This document shows positions 27,363-40,142 of a stretch of 64,000 nt of DNA, piece after piece. Source of the DNA: Eledone cirrhosa (taxonomy: Eukaryota); assembly GCA_964016885.1 (NCBI GenBank), contig OZ024749.1, positions 30,752,001-30,816,000 on the forward strand, written 5' to 3'. A model generated the notes under the pieces. That model saw only the letters and a list, made by a program, of their open reading frames with translations, ran no database searches and had not been told where the DNA came from. The position numbers were made by a program, and so were the translations under genes. Every line of letters starts with the position of its first letter. Within the stretch, counting starts at the first letter, position 1.

Positions 27363-27524
27363 CAATACATACATGGTGGCTGCCAACTCGTTTTCAAGTA
27401 CGGCCACTACATGTGTATGTATGTATGTATGTATGTATGTATGTATGTATGTATGTATGTATGTATGTATGTATGTATGTATGTATGTATTGTATGTATG
27501 TATTGTATGTATGTACATATATAC

Positions 27525-28126
27525 ATGGTGGTGGCTGCCAACTCGTTTTCAAGTACGGCCACTACTTTATATGCATGTAGGAGAACCCCTACCGATGCGA
27601 TGAACGATGTGACTTTTTAGTCCAGCCAGCGACTTGAAAACTCTGGTACAAACACTACACTTGTGACAATTATTGACACATAGTGCTGGGCCCATGGTAC
27701 CATGTGACGACAAGTGCAGAGAGATCTCCAGATACAAAGCAATGCCTCTGCCGTGAAGCTTTATAGTGAGCAAATGCACTGCACAAAGCCAGTCCTACTC
27801 TCTTAACCAAGATGATATTTACCAAAAAGAACAAGTCAACATCATTGGATACCATCAGGGTTGCAGGTGTTATATCAGAGTTTTCCTTCTCCTAGAATTC
27901 TGCCTTGACAAAGGCTAAGGGGTCATCTCTCCTGGTGATTTTGGATGGCCATTGACTCTTAAGAGCTGCTTTGCCCTTTGACAGGTTTTGTTTTAGTCCT
28001 GCAGGATGTCCAAAGTCACCCTCCTCACCAAGAAACCTTGGTGGGGTTGCCAGTTTAGTCGCCAACGACCCGACCATGAGACAGGTTGTACTGGGATACA
28101 TGTTACCAGTAGCACCAACTGGTGAC
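27525..28126 (-). mobile_element. Non-autonomous RTE-derived element, with its 3' tip duplicated at 27370-27410
   Basis: Reverse complement of 16779-17376. Confidence 0.8.
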
Positions 28127-28267
28127 CTGACCTAAATACATCCATATATACATACATACACGCATAAATACCCATTTATACCGTCCTGTATTGTCCTGTA
28201 CTGTCCTTAATGTCTACTTCATGTAAACCCTTGTGGGATTTTTCATTGTTTCAATTTTCATTTTATT

Positions 28268-28334
<67 letters not shown>

Positions 28335-28458
28335 TTATGTCTTTTTTCTTTTCTTATATAAATAATAAAAATGTTTACACGCACAAAACCCACATCGTAC
28401 CGTCCTGTTCCGTCTGTGATGTTTTTCTTGATGTCAGCCCTTGTGGCCAATAAAGAAA

Positions 28459-28499
<41 letters not shown>

Positions 28500-28500
28500 G
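28335..28500 (+). mobile_element. Probable Tx1-related 3' UTR fragment ending in (ATT)n
   Basis: GCCCTTGTGGCC-AATAAAGAAA matches the Tx1 3' terminus at 7197-7220. Confidence 0.55.
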
Positions 28501-29101
28501 TTACTATTATTTCATGTATTGGTCATTATTCGTGATTCTAGTTAAGTCTTTCTTTGAAGTTTTTTAATTTGACCTATTCTTTAGAATAGAGTTTTTTTTC
28601 AAGTCGAATTCTTTACTAAATTTCCAATTGAAATTGTTTAAGAAGTGGAATTCTAGATGAAAAGACCGAATTGAATTTCCTGAAAGTTTTACTTATGAAG
28701 AATTTGTCGGATTTTTATTGTGTAACCATTTAAGTATTTTTTTACTACTTTCCGGGCTTCGTTAAACAATATACTACAGTAAGAATGAGAATGTTTGAGT
28801 TCTTATTGATGAGTGTGAGGATTTGTGTTTGGTATAATCGATTCAATTTAAATGGCTTGTTGTTTTGGTTGTCGTGTTTGTTGCTGATGCTGTTGCTGCT
28901 GCTCCTGTTGTTGTTGTTGTTGTTGCTGTTGCTGTTGCTGTTGTTGTTGTTCTTCTTCTTCTTGTTCTTCTTCTTCTTCTTCTTTCTCTTGTTATGTTTG
29001 TCTATGTACGTACACATACCTACAATATATACTTCAACTTATACATCCACACACACACACTCACACACACACACACACTCTCTCTCTCATGTACACACAA
29101 A

Positions 29102-29136
<35 letters not shown>

Positions 29137-29245
29137 CCACACCCACACACACATACACACACACACACACACACCCATATATAAATATATCCAAAATTAA
29201 ATTAAGGGCACCGTTTCTGAGAGACATGCGCAATATTCACTGTTA

Positions 29246-29288
<43 letters not shown>

Positions 29289-29412
29289 AATCAATTTCTA
29301 GTTGATATATATATATATATAATGTAGGAGGTGAGTAATAGTGTAGAACAATAAAAATATGCATATATCTGATAAGTAGCACTCGACAGTTGGTAGAACT
29401 GGAGTATATATA

Positions 29413-29700
29413 AATAATTGTTTCTACTTTTGGCACAAGGCCAGCAATTAACGAGTGTATTACTGGTACTTTATTTTATTGACCCCGTAAGGATGAAAGG
29501 CAAAGTTAACCTCGGCGGGATTTGAACTCAGAATGGCAAGGCATGGCGTCCGTCCTCTTACGATACTGCCAAATAAATAATTGTTTCTACTTTTGGCACA
29601 AGGCCAGCAATTTCCCAGTGTATTACTGGTACTTTATTTTATCGACCCCGTAAGGATGAAAGGCAAAGTTAACCTCGACGGGATTTGAACTGCCAAATAA
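29413..29700 (-). mobile_element. Two tandem tRNA-derived SINE copies interrupting a family C module
   Basis: Copies at 29413-29570 and 29575-29690. Confidence 0.85.
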
Positions 29701-29765
29701 ATAATATATGTTGAATGGACACTTTCTTGTCCACAAGTGTTTTTAGGTCTCATATCACGTTACCT

Positions 29766-29833
29766 TATTTCATCTGATGGGAACACAATTTTTGTCCAGG
29801 ATGATATGTTTTCGAAATGCGCATAATAAAATA
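29766..29833 (+). ncRNA. Decayed hammerhead (family C, CTGATGG core)
   Basis: tatttcat-CTGATGG-gaacac...tgttttc-GAAA-tgcgca-TA-ataaaata. Homolog of 46873-46941. Confidence 0.6.
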
Positions 29834-29864
29834 TAAGGAACTTTTAACCATCTTTTAATTTCTT

Positions 29865-29923
<59 letters not shown>

Positions 29924-30019
29924 GGTTTACATATATATATATATATAAAGTCATAAATATATGTTTTGCAACAGGTCACTTTGTGGCTCAATGAAGAATT
30001 AATAAATTAAATAATCAGA

Positions 30020-30825
30020 GCTATATATCATAAAACATGTCTATAGAATCGCCAGATAAAATATATACCGTTTCCTCTCCCAATTAGTATAATTAACCAT
30101 ATAAAATTCAATTAGACCAATCTATAAGAATAAAGGCTCCTATGAAGAAATCTCCCGACAAAATAACGAAAGCAGCCCCTTCGCGGCGGTTACGACGGAT
30201 TGAGCCACAAAGGGATCCGTTGCAAAACACATATATATTTATGACTTTATATATATATGTAAACTTTTATATGTAATAATCTCCCGTTAGGTTGAGATAC
30301 AATTTTGGCTGTATTTGGCTGTGCTTTCTAGCAAAAAGCCTACCAGCCGTAAGCAACTGATCACATCCTTGTCTAACTTGACCGCTGCCACGTTACGATT
30401 CTTAGCCATTTTTGAATGTATTCTTGGCGCGATCACTTTGGAAAATTAATTGTCTAAATTTGAGCTAACTTCCTGAAGAATCCCGAAGCTTTAGATTTCC
30501 AATGTTATCGGATGTCTTAAAATGCGGATGAAACGATGGTAGAGGTAATTAAATATGTACACTTTCTTCTAGTTTATTTTACACCTAATTCTGTTTAGCT
30601 GACTGTATATCTGGTGATTTATACATGCTGTAGAAATATTCGATAAATAATCCGTCGTAACCGCTGCTAAGGGCCTGCTTTCGATTATTTGTCGGAGATT
30701 TCTTCATAGGAGCCTTTATTCTTATGGCTTGGTCTAATTGATTTTTTATAGGGTTAATTATACTAATTGGGAGAGGAAACGGTATATATTTTATCTGGCG
30801 ATTCTATGGCGGTGTTATGATATAT
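30020..30825. mobile_element. Fold-back hammerhead module
   Basis: ~30022-30200 is inverted at ~30648-30825. Central part is homologous to 53470-54020. Confidence 0.8.
30468..30546 (+). ncRNA. Type I hammerhead with extended stem II
   Basis: acttc-CTGAAGA-atcc...ggat-GAAA-cgatgg-TA-gaggt. Confidence 0.75.
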
Positions 30826-30828
30826 ATA

Positions 30829-30879
<51 letters not shown>

Positions 30880-31080
30880 TATATATTTAAACTCACAGGA
30901 GCGCTCACAAATCAATATACGTGCGCATACGTCATGATTAAATTAAATAGTAGATAAAGTATTATTATTAAAGATTTAAAGCGATTAATAATTACAATTA
31001 ATGGCAGAATTTAGATTACGGGGGAGTATATATAGATATAGAGACACCACATCTCAATTTATAATTACAACATATCGCTG

Positions 31081-31161
31081 CTCTACATGTGTTTCAATAT
31101 AGAGTCGAGGTTAATACCACCATGCATACGAGGTACTCATCACACTACATATCTTCAGGAG
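31081..31161 (-). ncRNA. Type I hammerhead with extended stem II
   Basis: rc: ctc-CTGAAGA-tatgtag...ctatatt-GAAA-cacatg-TA-gag. Confidence 0.7.
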
Positions 31162-31225
31162 TCTATATATCGTTTGACGTGACAACTGTATTACATGCAC
31201 GATATAACTCCATATAGTATATATG

Positions 31226-31312
<87 letters not shown>

Positions 31313-31350
31313 ATATATATATATATATATGATATAATATATATATATAG

Positions 31351-31425
<75 letters not shown>

Positions 31426-31427
31426 CT

Positions 31428-31945
31428 GATTAATGTTCAGAGCCATCCTCACCATTCTCGTGTAGCACCCATACACCATCTGAGTGAGTCTCTTGGTCAG
31501 TGTCCAAGTCTCAGACCCATACAGCAGCACAGACTCCACTACAGCAATGAAGAGGCGATTTTCAGGTCTCTACGAAGGTCGACTTCCACACCGATCTCAA
31601 GCTGTGACACTGAGGATGAAAAACTCAGAGCTGTATGGGAGCATCCCAAAAGTCAGCTCAAAATGACACAGAGGAGACTGAGGTTGGCTGGACATGCTCA
31701 CCGACATCCAGAGTTGACATTGCACTCAGTGCTCCTTTGGAGCCCCTACATGGACACACTAGAAGAGGAAGACCAAGGTTAACATATGTGATGCCCTAAG
31801 GACAGACACTGGTCTGTTGGAGATGCAGGATATGGCAGCGATAATGAGGGACAGAGACCGCTGGAGAGAACTCGTCCATGGATCTCGGGAATTTTACCCG
31901 CCTTAGATAGATATATATATATAGATAGATAGATAGATAGATATT
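31428..31945 (+). mobile_element. RTE LINE 3' fragment with inverted 5' segment and (TAGA)n tail
   Basis: 31428-31570 rc encodes RLFIAVVESVLLYGSETWTLTK...GCYTRMVRMALNIN. ~31610-31903 (+) encodes the downstream C-terminus. Confidence 0.85.
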
Positions 31946-32029
31946 ATATATTTATATATGTATATATGTATGTGTGTGTGTGTGTGTGTGTGTGTGGATG
32001 TATACGTAGGTATGTGTAGGTATATATAT

Positions 32030-32091
<62 letters not shown>

Positions 32092-32173
32092 AAGGTAAAT
32101 AGAATAACAACTCAATCGATACAGTATATCGAAGGAATATATTAAGTTAACGATTGATATAGCAAGAAGAGGG

Positions 32174-32210
32174 TATTAACGTTCGGACGCTAGTCCTTCA
32201 TCAGAAGATA
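32174..32210 (-). ncRNA. Minimal Penelope-type hammerhead with one core A missing
   Basis: rc: tt-CTGATGA-a-ggac-tagc-gtcc-GAA-cg-TT-aa. Confidence 0.6.
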
Positions 32211-32424
32211 GAATGAGAACTAAGATAGATTAAGGGGACGGGCGGGTTTTAATCGAAAAAAAATTCTTTAGATATAAATAACAGGTCCCTTCATGAGGAC
32301 ATCTTTTGCAAAACAGTTAGTTCTGGCGTTTTGTGTATGATTTAGTGGATGATAGAGCGCGTCCACCTGAAATGGAAAAAAAAAACGTTTTGTATAAAGG
32401 GCTATAATTGTGCACGTGCGTAAG

Positions 32425-32551
<127 letters not shown>

Positions 32552-33413
32552 ATACGTCCGTACGAATACAGGTTGTGTTTGCAAGTTTTTGTGGCGGTTA
32601 TACTTCAAAAATATATTTCTGGGCGATTCGGAAGACCTTCAGTACTATAGCTGTAGATATTTGTTTCATATATACGATCAGACCCATTCACTTTTCGTTA
32701 TCTTTGGATACATTAGCGCCTCTTCACATAGTAATTCTTGTGCGGTGAGTGAAACACATAAACTGTAGCTTAATGTGAAATAAATATAGTTTTAATTATT
32801 TCGTTAGGCATGTACAAGAAACAAATTCATACTTTTGGAAGTACTGATGAGACAACCACATATGATCATTATAACATGGTAACGCGATTAAGCGCAAAAT
32901 ATTTACAAATTAATGGAAAGGAACATCATGACATTAATCACTGCGAGATATCATCTGCATGTAACAATCAAATATTCAATAAATAAAAAAGCAGACGAGA
33001 GAGAACATCGTTCTTGCAAATATTCACAGATATCATTATAAATTCAGCAGCCAGAAACCAATATTAGAATCAAACATGTTGTGTGCAAATCTTCACTCAT
33101 ATTTTTATAAATTCACTAGCCCAGAAATTAATGTTAGAACCGTCAAGATCGAACATATTTCATAAAAATCGTGACCAATGTCATTTGAAATTCCTCAGCC
33201 CAGATATTAATATCAAATTTAATCATTCGATGACACATTAAAGTACGCAAAAATTGGACATATTTTATCTTAGTAATACAATAGCTAGAGGTAGTGGACT
33301 GGCATAATCGGCAGAGTTACGGTCATTTATGTTCTGCGTTCGAATCACATCGGAGTTAGCTTTGCTTTACATCTTTTAAATGTGTGTGTATAGATGTATG
33401 TATATACACACAA

Positions 33414-33467
<54 letters not shown>

Positions 33468-33539
33468 AACAAGGGGAAGAAGAATACTGCATGGTTGCAC
33501 ATGGGTTACATATTATAATATATATATATATATATATAC

Positions 33540-33812
33540 ATTAGTTTTGCGAGGTTTTTTATATGAAATCGTGTGTCGAAACAAATATTGTTATACTTGG
33601 GGAGGGTCATATTTGTGTAATATTGCCAGAATTGTATCTGTATTATTTTTGACCGTCGGTCAGTCAATGGCAACATTGAGGACCGAGTAAGTTAGATTAC
33701 CGATATAAAAGACACAGAAGCGAGAAGCGAAAACCAACCAAACAGTGAGTGTGTTCTGTTATTAATTCTGGTAATATTACACAAATATGACCCTCCCCAA
33801 GTATAACAATAT
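33540..33812. mobile_element. Family E fold-back module
   Basis: atattgttatacttggggagggtcatatttgtgtaatattgccagaatt is inverted at 33763-33811. Relatives at 41590-41780, 47083-47205 and 59770-60150. Confidence 0.7.
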
Positions 33813-35134
33813 ATATATATATACATATATATACATAAGTGTCAACTAAAAAGTTCATGGGCTGTGTATGAAGGATTGATGCTATTGCTGTGAAATCTTG
33901 CATACCTTACTAACTTCAACTCTTCTTATTAATAACTGCATTGTATCCGTCCAGGCACTATGTTGAAAAATAAACCACATTTTCAGCGAAAGAACTTTTC
34001 AGCCGTATATATATATATATATTTATATTGACCCATGTATATATAAGAGTGTGTGTGTGTGTGTGTGCGCCTGTGTGTGTGTGTGTGTGTGTAAACGTAT
34101 GCATATACTACATATATGGAGGAATGACGCTAGAGCTGTGGACGTTTGCACAGACAATTCTGCAACGAATGCCTACGTTTCTTTCAACTTTCTAGACACT
34201 GTAACTCGTCATACTCCCGTTCTACACCCTTAAGTAGATAATATATGTTATTTTCCCCTTCAACAGAGTATAAAATTTAACGTTAAATAGCGAAGTAATG
34301 GTTGAAAAACATAACAATGATGTACTCATTGAACAACTCCATCTTTAAAAAGGATGTTGGCGTCATACAGGTGTTCTTGCTAAGTCAGTGGCTTTTAACA
34401 AAATAAATTAAACTTCAAATGATAGAAAGCAAACAGATAAGAAAATCAAAATAATTAAATATCTATCTATACTAGAATGATATCGATCCTAGAGCGACGC
34501 TGTGTTTAAAACAATTGTCTAATGGCTTGGAACAGAACAGAACGGAACAGTTTAGAAGAGAAAAGAAGAGACGAGAAGACACGAGATGTGAAGAGGGCGC
34601 TGTACGTTGGAGGAATTATCTTTACATTGTTAAATACTGGTTTACTTGTTTCCTTTGATTATATGAATACAAACAGACACGCACACACATATACACAACA
34701 CACATACACAACACACACATATACAAAATACACACGCATACACAAAACACACACATATATGTATATATATACACACACAAAACGCATATACACGCAACAC
34801 ACATACATACAACACATACATATACACAACACACACATACGCAACATACATATATATATATACACACAAAAAACCTGAATGCAACACAACACACGTATGC
34901 ACAATAAACTCGCATATTATACAACAAACACGTACACAACAAACACATACACAAGACAAATACACACACATACAAACAGCATACACACACACACCCCATA
35001 TACACACAACACACATATACACACACCTGGGTATAGAGTCGTTTGACATCTCTAAATCGTTTTATTTTTCTCTTCCGTTAAAACATTGGGTAAGTTTGTT
35101 TAAGCTTAATTATATATACACACACACACACACG

Positions 35135-35186
<52 letters not shown>

Positions 35187-35250
35187 TTAATCTGTTATTT
35201 TAATAAATATATATATATATATATATATTATGCTTATATATAAGTTTATG

Positions 35251-35286
<36 letters not shown>

Positions 35287-35297
35287 TAAACAAACCT

Positions 35298-35341
<44 letters not shown>

Positions 35342-36338
35342 ATGATTGTACATAAACAAACTGAGAGCTGTATAGCTAACAGCGTGTCTGTGTAGGAGTT
35401 AGTAATATCTGTTAGTGAATGTAATATCTGAACAAATGAGAAAATAATACCTCAATAGATTAAATATATAATGTGTTTGCTATCATTCAGCTTTTCATAT
35501 TTTTTGTTACTCAATCGCTTTTATATTACTCACTCGCTAAGATGTAAAATTAACTCTGCTGCCTAACGCGTGAATCTGACTGACAGAGTCGTTAGAACGT
35601 CGAATAGAATGCTTTTTTTTTTGGTAATCGTTTCGACACTCTCTTCTCTGAGTTCAAATGCTACCAAGGTCAACTTTAGCTTCTTTTATTAATGGTAGGT
35701 CGAAAAACATGTACCAGTCGAGTACTGGGTTCCATTGTTCCTCTATACTTCTTTGTTACGTCCATTGTTTCTCATTCTCTCTCTCTTTCTCTGGAAGAAA
35801 ACTGCTGTAGTGAAACCTGGAGAGGAGATGGACTCCACCAGGTTTTAAGAAAGTATCATAAAAAGGTTTTCTGTCAATAATGTGCCCCAACGTCTGCCTC
35901 ACCAGTTAAGGGACCATACATACATCATAGATAATGGCTGCAAACTCTGCTAAGTGTATTGCAATCCTTTGTCCGATTGCAAAAAAAATAGTGCACTTTT
36001 AGGCTACGGCCAGCCACACGAACCTGTAACATAACCTGAACAAGCAATGTCTATGGTTTGAAATTTTTGTTAAATGGGGAAAGGCCGTGCACACGAACAA
36101 TCCCACTCGAACAATCCCACTCTCTCAGCATCGAAAACACTACTCGAAAAGAAGAACTGGTCAACCTCATCGGATGCTTCCGAAGCCGCAGGTTTATTTT
36201 TCAGAGTTTCCTTCTCCTAGAAAGGTGTTGTGACAAAAACTGGGGGCCTTTCACTTCGAGGTGAAGAAAACAAAAATGTACGATTTGGATGGCAGTTGAC
36301 TCTGTTGTATTCCTCCACCCTTCGAATCATATCATCAT

Positions 36339-36386
<48 letters not shown>

Positions 36387-36461
36387 TTAGTTATACTATT
36401 TATGGTTATGTAAACACAAAACCTTAAGCAGTTGTAAGTATTTTACACACATTTAATAAAT

Positions 36462-36508
36462 TGCTCCGAAGAATCCAAACCTCGGTTTGGAGGAAACAGC
36501 TGTAAGCA
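36462..36508 (+). ncRNA. Type I hammerhead (U4C variant)
   Basis: tgct-CCGAAGA-a-tccaaacc-tc-ggtttgga-g-GAAA-cagctg-TA-agca, with palindromic stem III ACAGCTGT. Confidence 0.7.
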
Positions 36509-36584
36509 CAATAATGTTTTGAACAGTTCTTTGATTCTTATATTTCATATATATATATATATATATACATTTATACATACATGT

Positions 36585-36798
36585 ACAGGTCGCCTGAAAC
36601 ATTCATAGAGTGACTATTAAATAGTGATGCTAGAGCTGTGAAATCTTTAATGCATCAATTTCAACTCGTGTTATTAATAATTGCATTGTTTTTTCCAGGG
36701 AATATGTTGAAAAATAAACCATATTTGCTGATTTCATGAGATTGGCCTGGTCAGCATATGAAACATTCAGCCTGTCAACTTTTCAACCGATTGTCGTA
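36585..36798. mobile_element. Mariner-like MITE, decayed
   Basis: Ends tacaggtcgcctgaaacattcata ... tttcaaccgattgtcgta. Relatives at ~12130 and 33840. Confidence 0.6.
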
Positions 36799-36803
36799 TG
36801 AGT

Positions 36804-37075
36804 GTTCCAGTTGACCCGATCAACGGAACAGCCTGCTCAAGAAATTAATGTGCAAGTGGCTGAGCATTCCACAGACAGGCGTATCCTTAACGTAGTTCTC
36901 AGGGAGATTCAGCGTGACACACAATCTGAAAAGGCTGGCCTTTTTGAATTACAGGTGTAACTCGATTTTGCCAGCTGGATGGATTGGAGCAAAGTGAAAT
37001 AAAGTGTCTTGTTCAAGGACACACGCGCCGCCTGGAATCGAACTCACGACCTTACGTATGTGAGCCGAATACCCT
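36804..37075 (-). mobile_element. Second tRNA-derived SINE family
   Basis: rc B box GAGTTCGATTCC followed by GTGTCCTTGAACAAGACACTTTATTTCAC. Decayed relative at ~55490-55720. Confidence 0.75.
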
Positions 37076-37858
37076 ATGCACCTTCACATAGATACATATA
37101 TACATATGTACATACTGCATAACTAATACAGGTAATATCATGAGAGGCACTAGGTAGCTCAATATACCAGCTCAGTGACTAATTTTAATTATTGTAGACC
37201 ACCACAATGGACGTTACTTCGGTTATATTTAGACTACCTAAATACCCTAAATACCTAAATACCTAAATACCTAAATACGCTAGCCTACATGAGAAGGCTA
37301 GCGTATTTTATTAGTTATTTAAGTAATTCATTCATCACTTTAATTGTTTATACCAATGTGGTTTGATAATTTACCAATCTATGGCATAGGTTCTATTTGT
37401 GATGCATTCAGTCTCGTGTTTGATAATCTCTAGATGATATATTTTATATCAGAAACTGATGGTAGATTCAAGAATCAGGAAGTACCCCCTAGGCCAACTT
37501 TGGCGTATTGATGAATTACCAAGCAATATATTGCACAAAAGAGGAAAGAAAACTTGTAAATGTAATATCATTTGCACTGTATTCTACTTCAGCAAGATAT
37601 ATCAAGATTGTTCTAAATTCCGTGACCTCTATAATGATGTAATACACTTCTCACTTCCTAACAAATATTCTAAGTAAAATAGATTTAATTTTAAATTGCC
37701 AACATGAAAGCAATTTCAGTCTATCAAATCACAGTGGAAATATTGCGTCGGTTTGAAGAAAAGACCCCCCTCCCCGTACACCACCATGTCCCGAAAGCTG
37801 TGAAGATAAAACAGTAAAGAGAATATATATACGTACATCTTTATATATGAACACACAC

Positions 37859-37904
<46 letters not shown>

Positions 37905-37968
37905 TTATATATATATATATGCTTGTGAGTATGTATATATATATATATGCTTGTAAGTATGTATTTGT

Positions 37969-38004
<36 letters not shown>

Positions 38005-38074
38005 ACACACACACACACACATACGCACACACAAACTTACATATATATATATATCTAGAGTCTGTGTTAAGACA

Positions 38075-38311
38075 GAAGGCTCATTTGGCCGGTTCTTATC
38101 CCAGTTTCATGGCGTCAAGCGACTGAAAGTACAAGACTCTCCGCTGGACAGGACGCTAGTCCATCGCAGGGTTAAACCTCCAGCTATTGCTGGTACTCAT
38201 TTTCAGCTGAGCACACTGGAGCAACGTGAAATGGAGTGTTTTGCTGAAGAACACAACACGTAGCCCAGGAATCGAACCCACGACATAATGGTCGTAAGTC
38301 CAACACACCTC

Positions 38312-38315
<4 letters not shown>
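38075..38315 (-). mobile_element. tRNA-derived SINE (CCTGCGATGGACT.GCGTCCTGTCCAG core), 5'-truncated
   Basis: rc B box GGGTTCGATTCC. Inverted twin at 39727-39965. Confidence 0.8.
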
Positions 38316-38341
<26 letters not shown>

Positions 38342-38348
<7 letters not shown>

Positions 38349-38820
38349 TAAAGTTGGTCCTTCATCAGTGATCTTCCAACCATCATTGGTATTTCATCGC
38401 TTTAAAGACCATATACCTCTGGTTGGTGCGAGCAACGGCTAAAAAAAGTCGTTGGGACACGTAAATAAAGGGGACACGACTGTAAACAAACATAAATGGT
38501 GAAGCAACTTACATTCCAACCAGGTTTGATGGTCTTTATTCTTTCTCGTTCACGATTTCACCGAATTTAAATTCATAGAAATTTGGGACTTGACTCCTTC
38601 TTCCTCACTTTTCGTTGCTTCACCATTTTTGTTTGTTTACACTCGTGTCCCCTTTATTTACGTGTCCCAACGACTTTTTTTAGCCGTTGCTCGCACCAAA
38701 CGGAGGTATATGGTCTTTAAAGCGATGAAATACCAATGATGATTGGAAGATCACTGATGAAGGACCAACTTTATTCATATGTAAGCCATGAGCAACTCCG
38801 CAGCACGTTTATTCTCATAT
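38342..38820. mobile_element. Family D fold-back module
   Basis: 38342-38510 is inverted at ~38614-38780. Flanked by (TA)n. Confidence 0.8.
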
Positions 38821-38821
38821 A

Positions 38822-38859
<38 letters not shown>

Positions 38860-38866
<7 letters not shown>

Positions 38867-39618
38867 AATTAAGTTAAAAAAAAAATTACATCTACATATG
38901 CATACTGAAATACTAGTGTGTATATGAATACACACACGTATACATATGTATATGTAACAAGTCTTTCACTGGTTGCTTTACTGTGAGCACCCAGCTATTC
39001 TGTATGTAAACACACAGACAAACCGGTTTTTAGAGTCATACTGGTTTTTGAGGGAACACCTTCCCTCTATTCTCCAGAAGGCCAGACAAGGAATATTGAA
39101 CTAGTTTCGTTGTTGTTACAACTCATCAGCAATATTTACCTATCTACCGGCCCTTCTGGAGAATTGTAAAAGCACATATCGTTATATGCTTTTTCTATGA
39201 AAATTAGTAGTGGGCAGACTAATTTGCATAGAGTGTGAGTACGCACCGGTTCAGCGGAGACGATAAAAACAAATAACGAAACGAAATTAAATCTCGTTTC
39301 GTTTGTAACTCACTTTTGTATGACTGACGCTTAAACAATTAAGTTAAAATAGAGGGAAGGTGTTCCCTCAAAAACCAGTATGACTCTAAAAACCGGTTTG
39401 TCTGTGTGTTTACATACAGAATAGCTGGGTGCTCACAGTAAAGCCACCAGTGAAAGACTTGTTACATATACATATGTATACGTGTGTGTATTCATATACA
39501 CACTAGTATTTCAGTATGCATATGTAGATGTAATTTTTTTTAACTTAATTGTTTAAGCGTCAGTCATACAAAAGTGAGTTACAAACGAAACGAGATTTAA
39601 TTTCGTTTCGTTATTTGT

Positions 39619-39620
<2 letters not shown>
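38860..39620. mobile_element. Hammerhead module: ~470-nt head-to-tail monomer plus inverted partial copy
   Basis: aaacaattaagttaaaa restarts at 38863 and 39333. 39345-39617 is the reverse complement of earlier segments. Confidence 0.85.
39069..39164 (-). ncRNA. Canonical type I hammerhead with long extended stem I
   Basis: rc: aatattg-CTGATGA-gttgt-aaca-acaac-GAAA-ctag-TT-caatatt (core 39092-39136). Stem I continues via attctccagaagg/ccttctggagaat. Confidence 0.92.
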
Positions 39621-39701
<81 letters not shown>

Positions 39702-39726
39702 AATATATATATATATATATATATAT

Positions 39727-39965
39727 AGTGGAGGTGTGTTGGACTTACGATCATAATGTCGTGGGTTCGATTCCTGGGCTACGTGTTGTGTTCTTGAGCA
39801 AAACACTCCATTTCACGTTGCTCCAGTGTGCTCAGCTGAAAATGAGTACCAGCAATAGCTGGAGGTTTAACCCTGCGATGGACTGGCGTCCTGTCCAGCG
39901 GAGAGTCTTGTACTTTCAGTCGCTTGACGCCATGAAACTGGGATAAGAACCGGCCAAATGAGCAT
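39727..39965 (+). mobile_element. tRNA-derived SINE, inverted twin of 38075-38315
   Basis: Same truncation point and same 3' flank as the 38075 copy. Confidence 0.8.
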
Positions 39966-40065
39966 TCTGGCTTAACACAGACTTTAGATATATATATATG
40001 TAAGTTTGTGTGTGTGTATGTGTGTGTGTATACATATATATATGTATACAAATACATACTCACAA

Positions 40066-40142
<77 letters not shown>

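Noticed and set aside
32571-32745. Possible host exon (cag|GTT...GCG|gtgagt)
   Set aside because: Splice-like ends, but no recognisable protein, weak polypyrimidine tract and no partner exons.
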